This document shows positions 7,582-17,254 of a stretch of 49,833 nt of DNA, one piece after another; position 1 is the first letter of the stretch; each line of letters opens with the position of its first letter. The position numbers and the translations under genes are program-made. The stretch lies in sequence record MT427400.3; one strand, given 5' to 3'. Source of the DNA: Escherichia phage phi2013. A model generated the notes under the pieces. The model had not been told where the DNA came from, made no database searches, and saw only the letters and a list, made by a program, of their open reading frames with translations.

Positions 7582-7745
7582 CCTGAATCTCTGAGCGGTG
7601 ATAGTATTAATCCCGTAGACAGACGAGGCGCAAATAAGCGCAACGCGTGAGACGATTCTCACACTTCCAGCTAACAAGCTCGGTTGCATAGTGGTTAAGC
7701 AACGCCGCAGACCCGTAAGCGGCAACAATTCAAGAGGATTGCATA

Positions 7746-7907
7746 ATGCAAAAAACTAAAGACGAATCAGTCAAAATTGAAATTAAAGTAACTCGCAACG
7801 GTGAAACCACTAGTTATAAAAAACGATTAAATCCTGGCGAGGCTGTTATTGGTCGCATTGCTGGCGTTATGATTAAGGCGCAGGAAGATGAAGCGATTCA
7901 AAGTTAA
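7746..7907 (+). CDS. small hypothetical protein (53 aa, below track cutoff)
   Basis: SD aagagga 6 nt before ATG 7746; open to TAA 7905-7907. Confidence 0.3.
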   Translation: MQKTKDESVKIEIKVTRNGETTSYKKRLNPGEAVIGRIAGVMIKAQEDEAIQS

Positions 7908-8073
7908 ATTAATTATTCGAAAGATGGGAATGTTTTGCCAGTCGTGCAAGCAATCTTTCGAAACTGAATTATCAGCAACCAGTCAGGATGAAGCCATCAC
8001 GAAAGCAAAAAAACTTTCCGGCGCTAACCTTGACACTCACAAAATAAATATTGAATTAATCAAGGAGATTTAA
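7888..8073 (+). CDS. hypothetical protein
   Basis: 61-aa ORF, Cys pair CQSC. Confidence 0.4.
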   Translation: MKRFKVKLIIRKMGMFCQSCKQSFETELSATSQDEAITKAKKLSGANLDTHKINIELIKEI

Positions 8074-8074
8074 C

Positions 8075-8302
8075 ATGACAATTTTTTTATTGATTATCGC
8101 TGGTGTCATTATTTTTGGTGCTGGTTTGTTTGCTGGCTTCGCACTTGTGGCGGCAGCAATTGCGATGGACGCGAAGGATAAAACTGGTGTATGGCTGACC
8201 TACTCGCCTAAGAAGGATCAATGGGAAATGACTGGCGACCTTGCTCACTGCTACTCTAAAGCTCAGACCCACCCTAAAGGCATTAAACGACGATTATCGT
8301 GA
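8075..8302 (+). CDS. small membrane protein
   Basis: N-terminal 30 residues strongly hydrophobic (IFLLIIAGVIIFGAGLFAGFALVAAAIA). Confidence 0.5.
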   Translation: MTIFLLIIAGVIIFGAGLFAGFALVAAAIAMDAKDKTGVWLTYSPKKDQWEMTGDLAHCYSKAQTHPKGIKRRLS

Positions 8303-8310
8303 TAAATACT

Positions 8311-8334
8311 AACCCGCTTCGGCGGGTTTTTTTA
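8311..8334 (+). terminator. rho-independent terminator closing the early region
   Basis: cccgc ttcg gcggg then T7. Confidence 0.6.
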
Positions 8335-8386
8335 TGCCTGCAATATGGTAAAATAGCACTAAATGTTAAACAAAGAGGATGGATTT

Positions 8387-8911
8387 ATGAGTGAACCTAA
8401 GAACGCCCCCGTAGTCCAGGGAGGTAATTTCAAGGAGCTATACAAGAAAAAGTTCGGCACTGTTCTTGCTAAAAACCGGGCAATGACGCCTGAGCAACTA
8501 TTCGATCTGTCAGTTAAGTATTTCGAATGGGCTGAGGACAACGCAATCAAGGCGTCAGAATCAGCCAGCTTTCAGGGTGGCGTTTATGAATCGCTAGTTC
8601 ATAAGCCGCGAGTCTTCACCTGGACCGGATACCGACTATTCATCGGTGCAAGCGAGGCAGCAATCATTAAGTGGAAGCGAGAGGAAGAATACAGTGAGGT
8701 TATGGAGTTTGTGGAATCGGTAATCAACGAGCAAAAATTCCAGCTTGCCGCCAACGGTGTTATTAATGCCTCCTTTATCGGTAAGGATCTCGGAATCGAT
8801 AAGCCAGCCTCAATCAATATCGAAAACTCGTCAGCTTCCGCATCGACAGTAGTCGCCACCACTGAGGATGCAATGAAAGAGGCAGTAAATAGCATTCTTG
8901 ACATGCTTTAA
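8387..8911 (+). CDS. terS: terminase small subunit
   Basis: SD aaagagga before ATG 8387; 174 aa; directly upstream of large terminase. Confidence 0.55.
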   Translation: MSEPKNAPVVQGGNFKELYKKKFGTVLAKNRAMTPEQLFDLSVKYFEWAEDNAIKASESASFQGGVYESLVHKPRVFTWTGYRLFIGASEAAIIKWKREEEYSEVMEFVESVINEQKFQLAANGVINASFIGKDLGIDKPASINIENSSASASTVVATTEDAMKEAVNSILDML

Positions 8912-8950
8912 CGTTACGGGCGCGCGAGCGCCCACATGGGAGACTTAATC

Positions 8951-10519
8951 ATGATTCAATGGGAAGACCTTAACGCAACGCAGAAGTTAGCGATCAAGAA
9001 AATGAGCGAGGCCAATTTCGAAAAAATGATTCGGATCTGGTTCCAGCTTATGCAGGCGCAGCAGTTCCAGCCTAACTGGCATCACCTTTACCTATGTCAC
9101 GAAGTGGAGGAAATAATTGCAGGCCGACGCGGCAACACTATCTTTAACGTCACGCCTGGTTCCGGTAAAACTGAAGTGTTCTCAATTCACCTTCCGGTAT
9201 ACGCAATGCTCAAGTGTAAAAAGGTGCGAAACCTTAACGTGTCGTTTGCCGACAGCTTGGTTAAGCGTAACAGTAAGCGTGTCCGTGAGATTATCAGCAG
9301 CAACGAATTTCAAGAGCTATGGCCTTGCAAGTTCGGCACATCGAAAGACGAGGAGATGCAGGTTCTTAACGAAGATGGAAAGGTTTGGTTTGAGTTGATA
9401 TCCGCAGCGGCTGGAGGTCGTATTACAGGTTCGCGTGGTGGCTACATGACGCCGGGATTCTCCGGTATGGTAATGCTCGACGATATCGACAAGCCTGATG
9501 ATATGTTCTCAAAGGTTAAGCGTGAGCGTACGCATATGCTACTGAAGAACACCATTCGCTCGCGCCGTATGCACAACGAAACGCCAATCATCGCAATTCA
9601 GCAGCGACTACACGCACAGGATTCAACATGGTTCATGATGAATGGCGGGATGGGGATCGAGTTTGATCAAATCTCAATTCCGGCACTGGTGACTGAAGAA
9701 TACGGAAAGACGCTTCCTGACTGGTTACAACCATACTTCGAGCGCGACGTTTTGTCGTCTGAGTATGTAGAATTGGATGGAGTTAAGCATTACTCATTCT
9801 GGCCCAGCAAGGAAAGCGTTCACGACCTGTTAGCTCTTCGAGAAGCGGACCAGTATACCTTTGACTCTCAGTATCAGCAGAAGCCGATCGCGCTTGGTGG
9901 CTCCGTGTTCAATTCGGAGTGGTGGACTTATTACGGCAGCAGCCTTGACGCTGATGAGCCGGATCCTGGTAAATATGATTACCGTTTTATCACCGCTGAT
10001 ACCGCTCAGAAGACAGGTGAGCTAAACGACTACACAGTCTTTTGTTTATGGGGTAAGAAAAACGATAAGGTTTACTTTATCGACGGCATTCGCGGAAAGT
10101 GGGAAGCGCCGGATATGGAGAAGCAATTTACCGCTTTCGTCAACCAAGCATGGAGGCACAATAAATCAATGGGGGTGCTTCGTAAAATCTATGTGGAAGA
10201 TAAGGCGAGTGGTACGGGCTTAATCCAGAATCTAAGGAAAAAGACTCCGATATCCATCACTCCATTGCAGCGTAACAAAGACAAAGTTACCCGAGCTATG
10301 GATGCCCAGCCAGTTATTAAAGCCGGGCGCGTGGTTCTGCCAGAAGAGCACCCCATGCTTGCGGAAATTATCGCGGAACATAGCGCGTTCACTTACGATG
10401 ACACGCATCCGCACGACGATATTGTCGATAACTTCATGGACGCTGCAAACATTGAACTACTGACAATTGACGATCCTATCGAGAGAATGAAGCGACTCGC
10501 CGGGATGGTTAAGCGGTAA
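8951..10519 (+). CDS. terL: terminase large subunit
   Basis: 522 aa; P-loop-like TPGSGKTE near N-terminus; position before portal. Confidence 0.8.
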   Translation: MIQWEDLNATQKLAIKKMSEANFEKMIRIWFQLMQAQQFQPNWHHLYLCHEVEEIIAGRRGNTIFNVTPGSGKTEVFSIHLPVYAMLKCKKVRNLNVSFADSLVKRNSKRVREIISSNEFQELWPCKFGTSKDEEMQVLNEDGKVWFELISAAAGGRITGSRGGYMTPGFSGMVMLDDIDKPDDMFSKVKRERTHMLLKNTIRSRRMHNETPIIAIQQRLHAQDSTWFMMNGGMGIEFDQISIPALVTEEYGKTLPDWLQPYFERDVLSSEYVELDGVKHYSFWPSKESVHDLLALREADQYTFDSQYQQKPIALGGSVFNSEWWTYYGSSLDADEPDPGKYDYRFITADTAQKTGELNDYTVFCLWGKKNDKVYFIDGIRGKWEAPDMEKQFTAFVNQAWRHNKSMGVLRKIYVEDKASGTGLIQNLRKKTPISITPLQRNKDKVTRAMDAQPVIKAGRVVLPEEHPMLAEIIAEHSAFTYDDTHPHDDIVDNFMDAANIELLTIDDPIERMKRLAGMVKR

Positions 10520-10573
10520 TAAATGAGATATAATCAGGGCTGTCAATTGACGGCCCTTTTTATTGGAGGAAAC

Positions 10574-11857
10574 ATGAAAATTGTTAAGCATGATGGATAT
10601 AACGATATTTTTAACGGCGGTGCAGACGGATCGCCTAAGCCATTCTTTATGTCTGATGCATCATATCACGTCGGTTCTTTCTACAACGACAACGCAACCG
10701 CGAAGCGAATTGTGGATGTTATCCCGGAAGAGATGGTGACGGCTGGTTTTAAAATGTCAGGCGTTAAGGATGAAAAAGAGTTCAAGTCTTTATGGGATAG
10801 CTACAAACTTGATTCAAGTCTGGTGGATCTTCTTTGTTGGGCGCGACTTTACGGTGGCGCGGCGATGGTGGCAATCATCAACGACAACCGGATGTTAACC
10901 AGTCAGGCAAAGCCTGGAGCCAAACTTGAAGGCGTCCGAGTTTACGATCGATTTGCTATCACTGTTGAAAAGCGAGTCACCAATGCAAGATCCCCTCGCT
11001 ATGGTGAGCCTGAAATCTACAAGGTATCCCCTGGCGACAATATGCAGCCGTATCTGATTCATCACTCAAGAGTCTTTATTGCTGATGGTGAGCGAGTAAC
11101 GCAACAGGCAAGAAAACAGAATCAAGGATGGGGAGCATCGGTATTGAACAAGTCACTGATTGATGCAATCTGTGACTATGATTACTGTGAATCTCTGGCT
11201 ACTCAGATCTTGAGACGTAAGCAACAGGCTGTATGGAAGGTCAAAGGTCTTGCCGAAATGTGTGATGATGATGATGCTCAGTACGCCGCGCGCCTGCGAC
11301 TTGCTCAGGTTGATGATAACTCCGGCGTGGGCCGTGCGATCGGTATCGATGCTGAGACTGAGGAATATGACGTTCTCAACTCTGATATCAGCGGAGTTCC
11401 TGAGTTCTTATCAAGCAAGATGGACCGCATCGTCTCCCTATCCGGGATCCATGAGATTATCATCAAGAATAAGAACGTAGGCGGCGTATCAGCGAGCCAA
11501 AACACAGCGCTTGAGACTTTCTATAAGCTAGTCGATCGCAAGCGCGAGGAAGATTACAGGCCGCTTCTTGAGTTCTTGTTGCCGTTCATTGTTGATGAGG
11601 AAGAGTGGTCGATCGAGTTTGAGCCTTTGTCTGTTCCGAGTAAGAAAGAGGAATCAGAGATCACGAAGAATAACGTTGAGTCAGTCACGAAGGCTATCAC
11701 TGAGCAAATCATCGATCTGGAAGAAGCTCGCGACACGTTGCGATCCATTGCCCCTGAGTTCAAACTCAAGGATGGTAATAACATCAACATTCGCGAACCG
11801 GAAGAAACAACCGAACCGGAGCCGGGATTAGGGGAGAAGTTAGAAGATGAAAATTAA
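10574..11857 (+). CDS. portal protein
   Basis: SD ggagga before ATG 10574; 427 aa; acidic C-terminus; follows TerL. Confidence 0.7.
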   Translation: MKIVKHDGYNDIFNGGADGSPKPFFMSDASYHVGSFYNDNATAKRIVDVIPEEMVTAGFKMSGVKDEKEFKSLWDSYKLDSSLVDLLCWARLYGGAAMVAIINDNRMLTSQAKPGAKLEGVRVYDRFAITVEKRVTNARSPRYGEPEIYKVSPGDNMQPYLIHHSRVFIADGERVTQQARKQNQGWGASVLNKSLIDAICDYDYCESLATQILRRKQQAVWKVKGLAEMCDDDDAQYAARLRLAQVDDNSGVGRAIGIDAETEEYDVLNSDISGVPEFLSSKMDRIVSLSGIHEIIIKNKNVGGVSASQNTALETFYKLVDRKREEDYRPLLEFLLPFIVDEEEWSIEFEPLSVPSKKEESEITKNNVESVTKAITEQIIDLEEARDTLRSIAPEFKLKDGNNINIREPEETTEPEPGLGEKLEDEN

Positions 11858-12608
11858 TGGCGTTGCAACACAGTGGCGCTATCCTGAAATGAGCGAGCGC
11901 GCAATGTCGCGCTCCCTACAGGATGTTGCAGCCAAACTAACTGAAAAAATGCGTGACGAATTAAAGCCGATGAAATTTGACGCTACTGACGAAGAGATAG
12001 ATCAGACAGAAAGGTCATTGCTTGATTACGTCGAATCACTCATCGCTCCGATTATTGGTTCTCTATCATCCGTTGCGCTCGCGATCTATAAATTCAACTC
12101 TAAGCAGTGGCTGCGCATCGCTCGCAATGCTGGAGGTAAGAAGAATCAAGCCGTGATGCTACTAGCCCTGATTGGTCCTACCGCTGCCGAAAGCTGGTAC
12201 TCAGGACAATATAATCTGTGGCGATCGCAGGTGACTACTTCTATCAGGAAATTTGCCGCCAACATGGTTACTGATTTCACTGATAAACTTCGTGCGGCAT
12301 CCGGTCAGGGTAAAAGCAAGGATTTTGTTGTTGAACTTGCTAAGGAGCGATTTGGTATTTACCGTAGCTGGGCCAAAAATAGAGCGTCGGGAATTGTCGG
12401 AACCTGGAACAGTAGACTGATGCGGCAGCGCATAAAAGACGCTGGTGTATCTTACTATTTCTGGCGCGGGGTGATGGATTTACGCGAACGTGAAAAACAT
12501 GTAAGATGGGAAGGTAAGCGCATAGCGGTAGATTCCGATCACGTATTCCCGGGTGAAGAATACAACTGCCGCTGTTGGGCTGTTCCAGACTTTTCTACAG
12601 GAGATTAA
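11847..12608 (+). CDS. head morphogenesis protein (Mu F / SPP1 gp7-like)
   Basis: 253 aa after portal; C-terminal H..W.G...DHVFPGEEYNCRCW motif. Confidence 0.6.
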   Translation: MKINGVATQWRYPEMSERAMSRSLQDVAAKLTEKMRDELKPMKFDATDEEIDQTERSLLDYVESLIAPIIGSLSSVALAIYKFNSKQWLRIARNAGGKKNQAVMLLALIGPTAAESWYSGQYNLWRSQVTTSIRKFAANMVTDFTDKLRAASGQGKSKDFVVELAKERFGIYRSWAKNRASGIVGTWNSRLMRQRIKDAGVSYYFWRGVMDLREREKHVRWEGKRIAVDSDHVFPGEEYNCRCWAVPDFSTGD

Positions 12609-12610
12609 AA

Positions 12611-13723
12611 ATGAAGGCAAAGCAAAGATTCGATTCAGTAAAAATCAAGGCTCACTTTGATGATAACGGTTTTTTAGTTGACCGCCCAATCGTGGCGCGA
12701 ATCGGCGCTCAGGTTTACAAAACGCCGCACGGCGATCGAGTTGAGTTCCGTCCGGCGTCCGAAGTTTTCAAGCAAGATTCCTTGCAAAGTTTTGCAGGCA
12801 AGCCGATAACAGTCGGTCACGTAACGGTGACACCCCAAAATGCTAAGGACGTTGTTGTCGGATCGTGTGCTGGCGCTGGTATTGCTTCAGGGGTTGGCGT
12901 TGAAGTTCCTTTGAGTATTTACAGCGACTACGCGATCAGCAAAGCTAAAGCGAAGGAGGCCGGGGAATTATCTGTAGGGTATACGTCGGTAGATATTGAT
13001 AAGCCCGGCTGGGGTTCAAATGAGACTGGAGAATATATCTTCGAAGAGGATATGAAACAGGACGAAGCGCCGCCTGAAGGTTGGGTGAAATTCGACGCGG
13101 TACAAACTAATATCAAGGTCAACCATATTGCCCTAGTTTTTAAAGGTCGTGCGGGAATTGCTAAATTAAATCTTGATGCCGAACAGGAGTTCCCGTATGA
13201 TAATAACGTTCAATTAACTAACGAGGACAAGCAAATGAAAAAAATTAAGATCGACTCAGTTGATGTGGAAGTAACCGAAGACGTTGCGAACCATATCGAA
13301 AAATTAACCGCGCAGATTGCCACCATTCAGGGGAAAGCTGATGGCTTCGAAGCTGAGCGCGATGCGCTGAAGGTTAAGGTTGACTCTCTGCCGGAACTTG
13401 TGAAGGCCGAGGTAGAGAAGCAAAAAGCCGATGCCGCCGCACGCGCAGAAGTTACCGCAGTAGCAGAAACCGCAGGCGTCAAACATGATGGTCTTGATAT
13501 CAAAGACGTCAAGATTGCCGTAGTTAAAGCCATGCTTGATAAAGATGTTAGTGAAAAATCAGACGCATATATCGACGCTATGTTTGATGTTGCTAAAGAT
13601 TCTGATATCATGGCTATTCAGCGTAAAGCAGTAAAAGGCGACTCTATCGAAGGCGGTAAGCCGGAAGAGAAAAACGACGCCGCGCCTGTTACGCCAAATT
13701 CACGTTTAAGCAAAGTAATGTAA
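12611..13723 (+). CDS. scaffolding / prohead-associated protein
   Basis: SD aggaga before ATG 12611; C-terminal half coiled-coil-like (KxE/A-rich); between head protein and capsid genes. Confidence 0.5.
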   Translation: MKAKQRFDSVKIKAHFDDNGFLVDRPIVARIGAQVYKTPHGDRVEFRPASEVFKQDSLQSFAGKPITVGHVTVTPQNAKDVVVGSCAGAGIASGVGVEVPLSIYSDYAISKAKAKEAGELSVGYTSVDIDKPGWGSNETGEYIFEEDMKQDEAPPEGWVKFDAVQTNIKVNHIALVFKGRAGIAKLNLDAEQEFPYDNNVQLTNEDKQMKKIKIDSVDVEVTEDVANHIEKLTAQIATIQGKADGFEAERDALKVKVDSLPELVKAEVEKQKADAAARAEVTAVAETAGVKHDGLDIKDVKIAVVKAMLDKDVSEKSDAYIDAMFDVAKDSDIMAIQRKAVKGDSIEGGKPEEKNDAAPVTPNSRLSKVM

Positions 13724-13734
13724 GGGGAAATGTC

Positions 13735-14211
13735 ATGGCACAAATTAATGCATCTTATCAGCGAGATATGGCGATTGCGCTTCCGGGTATGGTTGCGGAT
13801 ACTTCAAAGTACAATATTGACGGCGCTTGTGTCGTTAATGAAGGTGATGTTCTTGTTGGCGCTGCCGTACAAGTTGTTCAAGCTCAGGCGGTTGATGGTC
13901 ATAAGTTGGTTAAGGCTCTTACTACCGGAACCACTCCTTACGGCGTGGCAATCCGATCTCACTGGCAGACTGTTAACGCTCAAAATCAGATGATTTACGA
14001 AGATGGCGGCGCTATCAACGTGATGACTTCAGGCCGAGTATGGATGCTTTCCAAATCCACCGAAGCACCAACTTTCGGCTCTGCCGTTAAACTTGATGTT
14101 GATGGTCAGGAAAAATCTGATGGCACGATCGAAACAACCTGGACCTACGCTGGCGGTTGGACTAAATACAAAGATATTCAGCTTGTTGAGGTTCAGTTGC
14201 ATCAACTGTAA
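13735..14211 (+). CDS. head decoration-like structural protein (paralog A)
   Basis: N-terminus shares TSKYNIDGACV...G.AVQVV...GTTPYG with next gene. Confidence 0.45.
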   Translation: MAQINASYQRDMAIALPGMVADTSKYNIDGACVVNEGDVLVGAAVQVVQAQAVDGHKLVKALTTGTTPYGVAIRSHWQTVNAQNQMIYEDGGAINVMTSGRVWMLSKSTEAPTFGSAVKLDVDGQEKSDGTIETTWTYAGGWTKYKDIQLVEVQLHQL

Positions 14212-14225
14212 TTAGCGTTTAATAT

Positions 14226-14260
14226 GGGGACTATCTTTTTTTTGGATAGTCCTTTTTTTA
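14226..14260 (+). terminator. stem-loop with T-runs
   Basis: ggactatc T8 gatagtcc then T7. Confidence 0.45.
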
Positions 14261-14273
14261 TGGAGAAATCATT

Positions 14274-15041
14274 ATGGCTTACGAAAATTTGTTCTTGCGC
14301 CCCGCGTGTCCGGGAAATATTTCTGATACTTCAACCTACAATATTGATGGAGCTTGTGTGGCTCAAGGTGACATTGGGTTCGGCTCAGCGGTTCAGGTTG
14401 TAGGCATCGTTGACGGTGTAAAAGTTGTGGCGGCGCTTCCTGATGGTGGAACTCCTTACGGTATCGCTTTCCGTTCCCAATATGAACACCTGAGCGGTAA
14501 AATCCTTGACGGTGAAGTGTGCAACGTCGTTTCTCACGGTCGCGTATGGACTCTTACTTCTCTTGGTGAGGCTCCCAGCTTGTTCTCAAAGTTACAGTTT
14601 GGGTCTGGTGGAGTTGTTACTGGTGGATCTGGTTCCGCAGGTTGGACATTTGCGGGTGGCTTTGTTAAGCATGAAGATGGCTACATCATTGAGGTTCAGG
14701 TGAAACAAAATGCTTTCATCGCTCCACCGCCACCGCCCCCTGTCGTTCTTGTTGAATCTGCTACAATCGCCACTGACAAGGAAAGCCCTCAACCAAACAA
14801 TGTTACGATCCAGTGTGTAGCTAATGCTCTTCCGGATAATGCAACCGATAAGACTGGTAAATGGTCAATCGACGCTACCAATATCGCCACTGTCGATCCG
14901 GACTCAGGTCTTGTAACTCCTGTTGGTGGAGAGGTAGTCGGTGATTTCAATATTACCTGGACGGCTAACGATGCCAGCAAGACGACGGCAACTATTGCTT
15001 ATCGCGTAGAAGCAGTGCCAACGCCAGAGGTTGATGCATAA
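14274..15041 (+). CDS. structural protein with poly-Pro linker and C-terminal Ig-like domain (paralog B)
   Basis: N-terminal domain paralogous to 13735-14211; APPPPPPVV linker; C-terminal region resembles a bacterial Ig-like fold. Confidence 0.5.
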   Translation: MAYENLFLRPACPGNISDTSTYNIDGACVAQGDIGFGSAVQVVGIVDGVKVVAALPDGGTPYGIAFRSQYEHLSGKILDGEVCNVVSHGRVWTLTSLGEAPSLFSKLQFGSGGVVTGGSGSAGWTFAGGFVKHEDGYIIEVQVKQNAFIAPPPPPPVVLVESATIATDKESPQPNNVTIQCVANALPDNATDKTGKWSIDATNIATVDPDSGLVTPVGGEVVGDFNITWTANDASKTTATIAYRVEAVPTPEVDA

Positions 15042-15084
15042 CATAAAAACACTTTGACGCTTTAACAAAAAGTGCTATTATTGA

Positions 15085-15112
15085 AGCCGTGAACATAATC
15101 ACGGCTTTTTTA
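15085..15112 (+). terminator. rho-independent terminator
   Basis: agccgtg...cacggct stem then T6. Confidence 0.5.
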
Positions 15113-15132
15113 TTAACTACGGAGAAGTAATC

Positions 15133-16092
15133 ATGACTACTAAAAAATTTGATGAAGCAGATAAAAGCAATGTTGAAATGTATCTGATCCAGGCTGGCGT
15201 AAAACAGGATGCAGCCGCAACGATGGGTATCTGGACCGCTCAGGAACTACACCGCATCAAGAGTCAGTCCTATGAAGAAGACTACCCGGTCGGCTCCGCT
15301 CTACGAGTATTCCCGGTTACAACCGAACTCTCTCCGACCGACAAGACGTTTGAGTACATGACCTTTGATAAGGTTGGTACTGCTCAGATTATCGCTGACT
15401 ATACCGATGACCTGCCTCTGGTTGATGCACTTGGTACTTCTGAATTTGGTAAGGTGTTCCGTTTGGGTAACGCGTATCTGATCTCAATCGACGAAATCAA
15501 AGCAGGTCAGGCAACTGGTCGCCCACTGTCAACCCGTAAGGCGAGCGCGTGCCAGTTGGCGCATGATCAGCTTGTTAACCGCCTGGTGTTCAAAGGTTCC
15601 GCACCGCACAAGATTGTGTCCGTGTTTAACCATCCGAACATCACTAAAATTACCTCCGGTAAGTGGATTGATGCATCTACTATGAAGCCGGAAACTGCGG
15701 AAGCTGAGCTAACTCAAGCGATCGAAACCATCGAGACGATTACTCGGGGTCAGCACCGCGCAACCAACATCCTGATCCCGCCTTCCATGCGTAAGGTTTT
15801 GGCGATTCGTATGCCTGAGACAACCATGTCTTATCTGGACTATTTTAAGTCTCAGAACTCCGGTATCGAAATCGACTCTATCGCAGAGCTTGAGGATATT
15901 GACGGCGCAGGCACCAAAGGCGTACTGGTGTACGAAAAGAATCCGATGAACATGTCCATCGAGATCCCGGAAGCATTTAATATGCTGCCAGCACAACCGA
16001 AAGACTTGCACTTTAAAGTGCCTTGCACTTCTAAGTGTACTGGTCTTACAATTTATCGCCCGATGACTATTGTCTTAATCACTGGCGTGTAA
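15133..16092 (+). CDS. major capsid protein
   Basis: 319 aa; strong SD ggagaag; flanked by terminators; position in head module. Confidence 0.65.
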   Translation: MTTKKFDEADKSNVEMYLIQAGVKQDAAATMGIWTAQELHRIKSQSYEEDYPVGSALRVFPVTTELSPTDKTFEYMTFDKVGTAQIIADYTDDLPLVDALGTSEFGKVFRLGNAYLISIDEIKAGQATGRPLSTRKASACQLAHDQLVNRLVFKGSAPHKIVSVFNHPNITKITSGKWIDASTMKPETAEAELTQAIETIETITRGQHRATNILIPPSMRKVLAIRMPETTMSYLDYFKSQNSGIEIDSIAELEDIDGAGTKGVLVYEKNPMNMSIEIPEAFNMLPAQPKDLHFKVPCTSKCTGLTIYRPMTIVLITGV

Positions 16093-16099
16093 TATTATA

Positions 16100-16127
16100 G
16101 GGGCTAACTTAGTTAGTCCCTTTTTTA
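16100..16127 (+). terminator. rho-independent terminator after capsid gene
   Basis: ggggctaac...gttagtccc then T6. Confidence 0.5.
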
Positions 16128-16141
16128 TTGGAGAAATCAAA

Positions 16142-16429
16142 ATGGCTAAAGAAAAAACTGTTGTTATCGTAAACGTTGGTGTAGCTCTTCAGATGTTCCG
16201 TCTTGAAGATGGTTCCTTTGCTAAAGTTCTTCCAGATGAAGAGGTCACGCTTCCGGCGTCCGTTCTTGATTTGCCTGGCCTGCGTTGCTTAATTGCTCGC
16301 GAAGAAATCGAAGTTAAAGACGACAGTGCAACCAACCGCAAAATCCGCGCTGAAATGGCAAAGATCACTAAGCCAGATCCGTGGGATAGCAAAAGCGTTA
16401 AAGAGCTTGAGGACGGCGGCGAATATTAA
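16142..16429 (+). CDS. hypothetical structural protein
   Basis: 95 aa, SD ggagaa. Confidence 0.45.
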   Translation: MAKEKTVVIVNVGVALQMFRLEDGSFAKVLPDEEVTLPASVLDLPGLRCLIAREEIEVKDDSATNRKIRAEMAKITKPDPWDSKSVKELEDGGEY

Positions 16430-16435
16430 TCATCA

Positions 16436-16460
16436 AGGCGCTCATGTAGCGCCTTTTTTT
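16436..16460 (+). terminator. rho-independent terminator
   Basis: aggcgct catgt agcgcct then T7. Confidence 0.55.
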
Positions 16461-16472
16461 ATGGGGGTAATT

Positions 16473-16883
16473 ATGAATCAAGAAACTTTAATTGCAGCTG
16501 TTGAGCAAATGCGAAAGCTGGTTCCGGCACTTCGTAAGGTTCCAGACGAAACGCTTTATGCGTGGGTAGAAATGGCTGAGCTTTTTGTATGCCAGAAGAC
16601 CTTTAAAGACGCATACGTCAAAGCGATCGCTCTTTATGCATTACACCTTGCTTTCCTTGATGGGGCGCTAAAAGGTGAAGATGAGGATCTGGAATCGTAC
16701 TCACGCCGCGTTACGTCATTCTCACTGAGCGGTGAATTTAGCCAGACTTTCGGAGAGGTTACGAAGAACCAGTCAGGGAACATGATGCTTTCTACGCCGT
16801 GGGGTAAGATGTTCGAACAGCTTAAAGCGAGACGCCGTGGTAGATTCGCATTAATGACAGGACTCCGTGGAGGATGCCACTAA
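16473..16883 (+). CDS. head-tail connector/completion protein (by position)
   Basis: start at ATG 16473 after gggggt; 136 aa. Confidence 0.45.
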   Translation: MNQETLIAAVEQMRKLVPALRKVPDETLYAWVEMAELFVCQKTFKDAYVKAIALYALHLAFLDGALKGEDEDLESYSRRVTSFSLSGEFSQTFGEVTKNQSGNMMLSTPWGKMFEQLKARRRGRFALMTGLRGGCH

Positions 16884-17254
16884 TGAACTACTCACAGATT
16901 GAAAGAATGGCTCGCAAAGGCGTGGCTTTCTTCACCGATCCGTCAAGACCTATGAACCTGATAAAACAAGGTGAATACGGATATGATGAAAACGGATTCG
17001 AGATCCCACCGATGGAACAGGTTATTCCAATATCCGGCGCGACGAGAAGACCGAACGCGCGTGAGATTGACGGGGAAACTATCCGCGCCTCAGATATTTT
17101 GGGGATCTTCAATAATGATCATGAAATAAACGAAGGTGACTATATAGAGATTGATGGCATTCGTCATGTTGTCGTTGATGCTCGCCCGGTTCAGGCGTCA
17201 CTGGAACCAGTTGCCTATCGTCCAGTGTTGCGGAGGGTATCAGTCGGTGGCTAA
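16883..17254 (+). CDS. head-tail adaptor protein (by position)
   Basis: SD ggagga 8 nt before ATG 16883; 123 aa. Confidence 0.45.
   Translation: MNYSQIERMARKGVAFFTDPSRPMNLIKQGEYGYDENGFEIPPMEQVIPISGATRRPNAREIDGETIRASDILGIFNNDHEINEGDYIEIDGIRHVVVDARPVQASLEPVAYRPVLRRVSVGG

Noticed and set aside
7582-7745. tRNA gene in the 7582-7745 gap or elsewhere
   Set aside because: No cloverleaf-compatible arrangement with a T-loop GTTC-type motif and acceptor stem was recognisable by eye; not excluded without tRNAscan-SE.
9117-9398. Internal alternative-frame ORFs within the terminase, portal, tape measure, J and tail-fibre genes (for example 9117-9398, 11250-11480, 11568-11831, 19766-20026, 21112-21568, 22000-22287, 26554-26929, 33204-33873)
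   Set aside because: All are embedded in long, well-supported genes on the same or opposite strand and lack translation signals; such ORFs are expected by chance in long genes.
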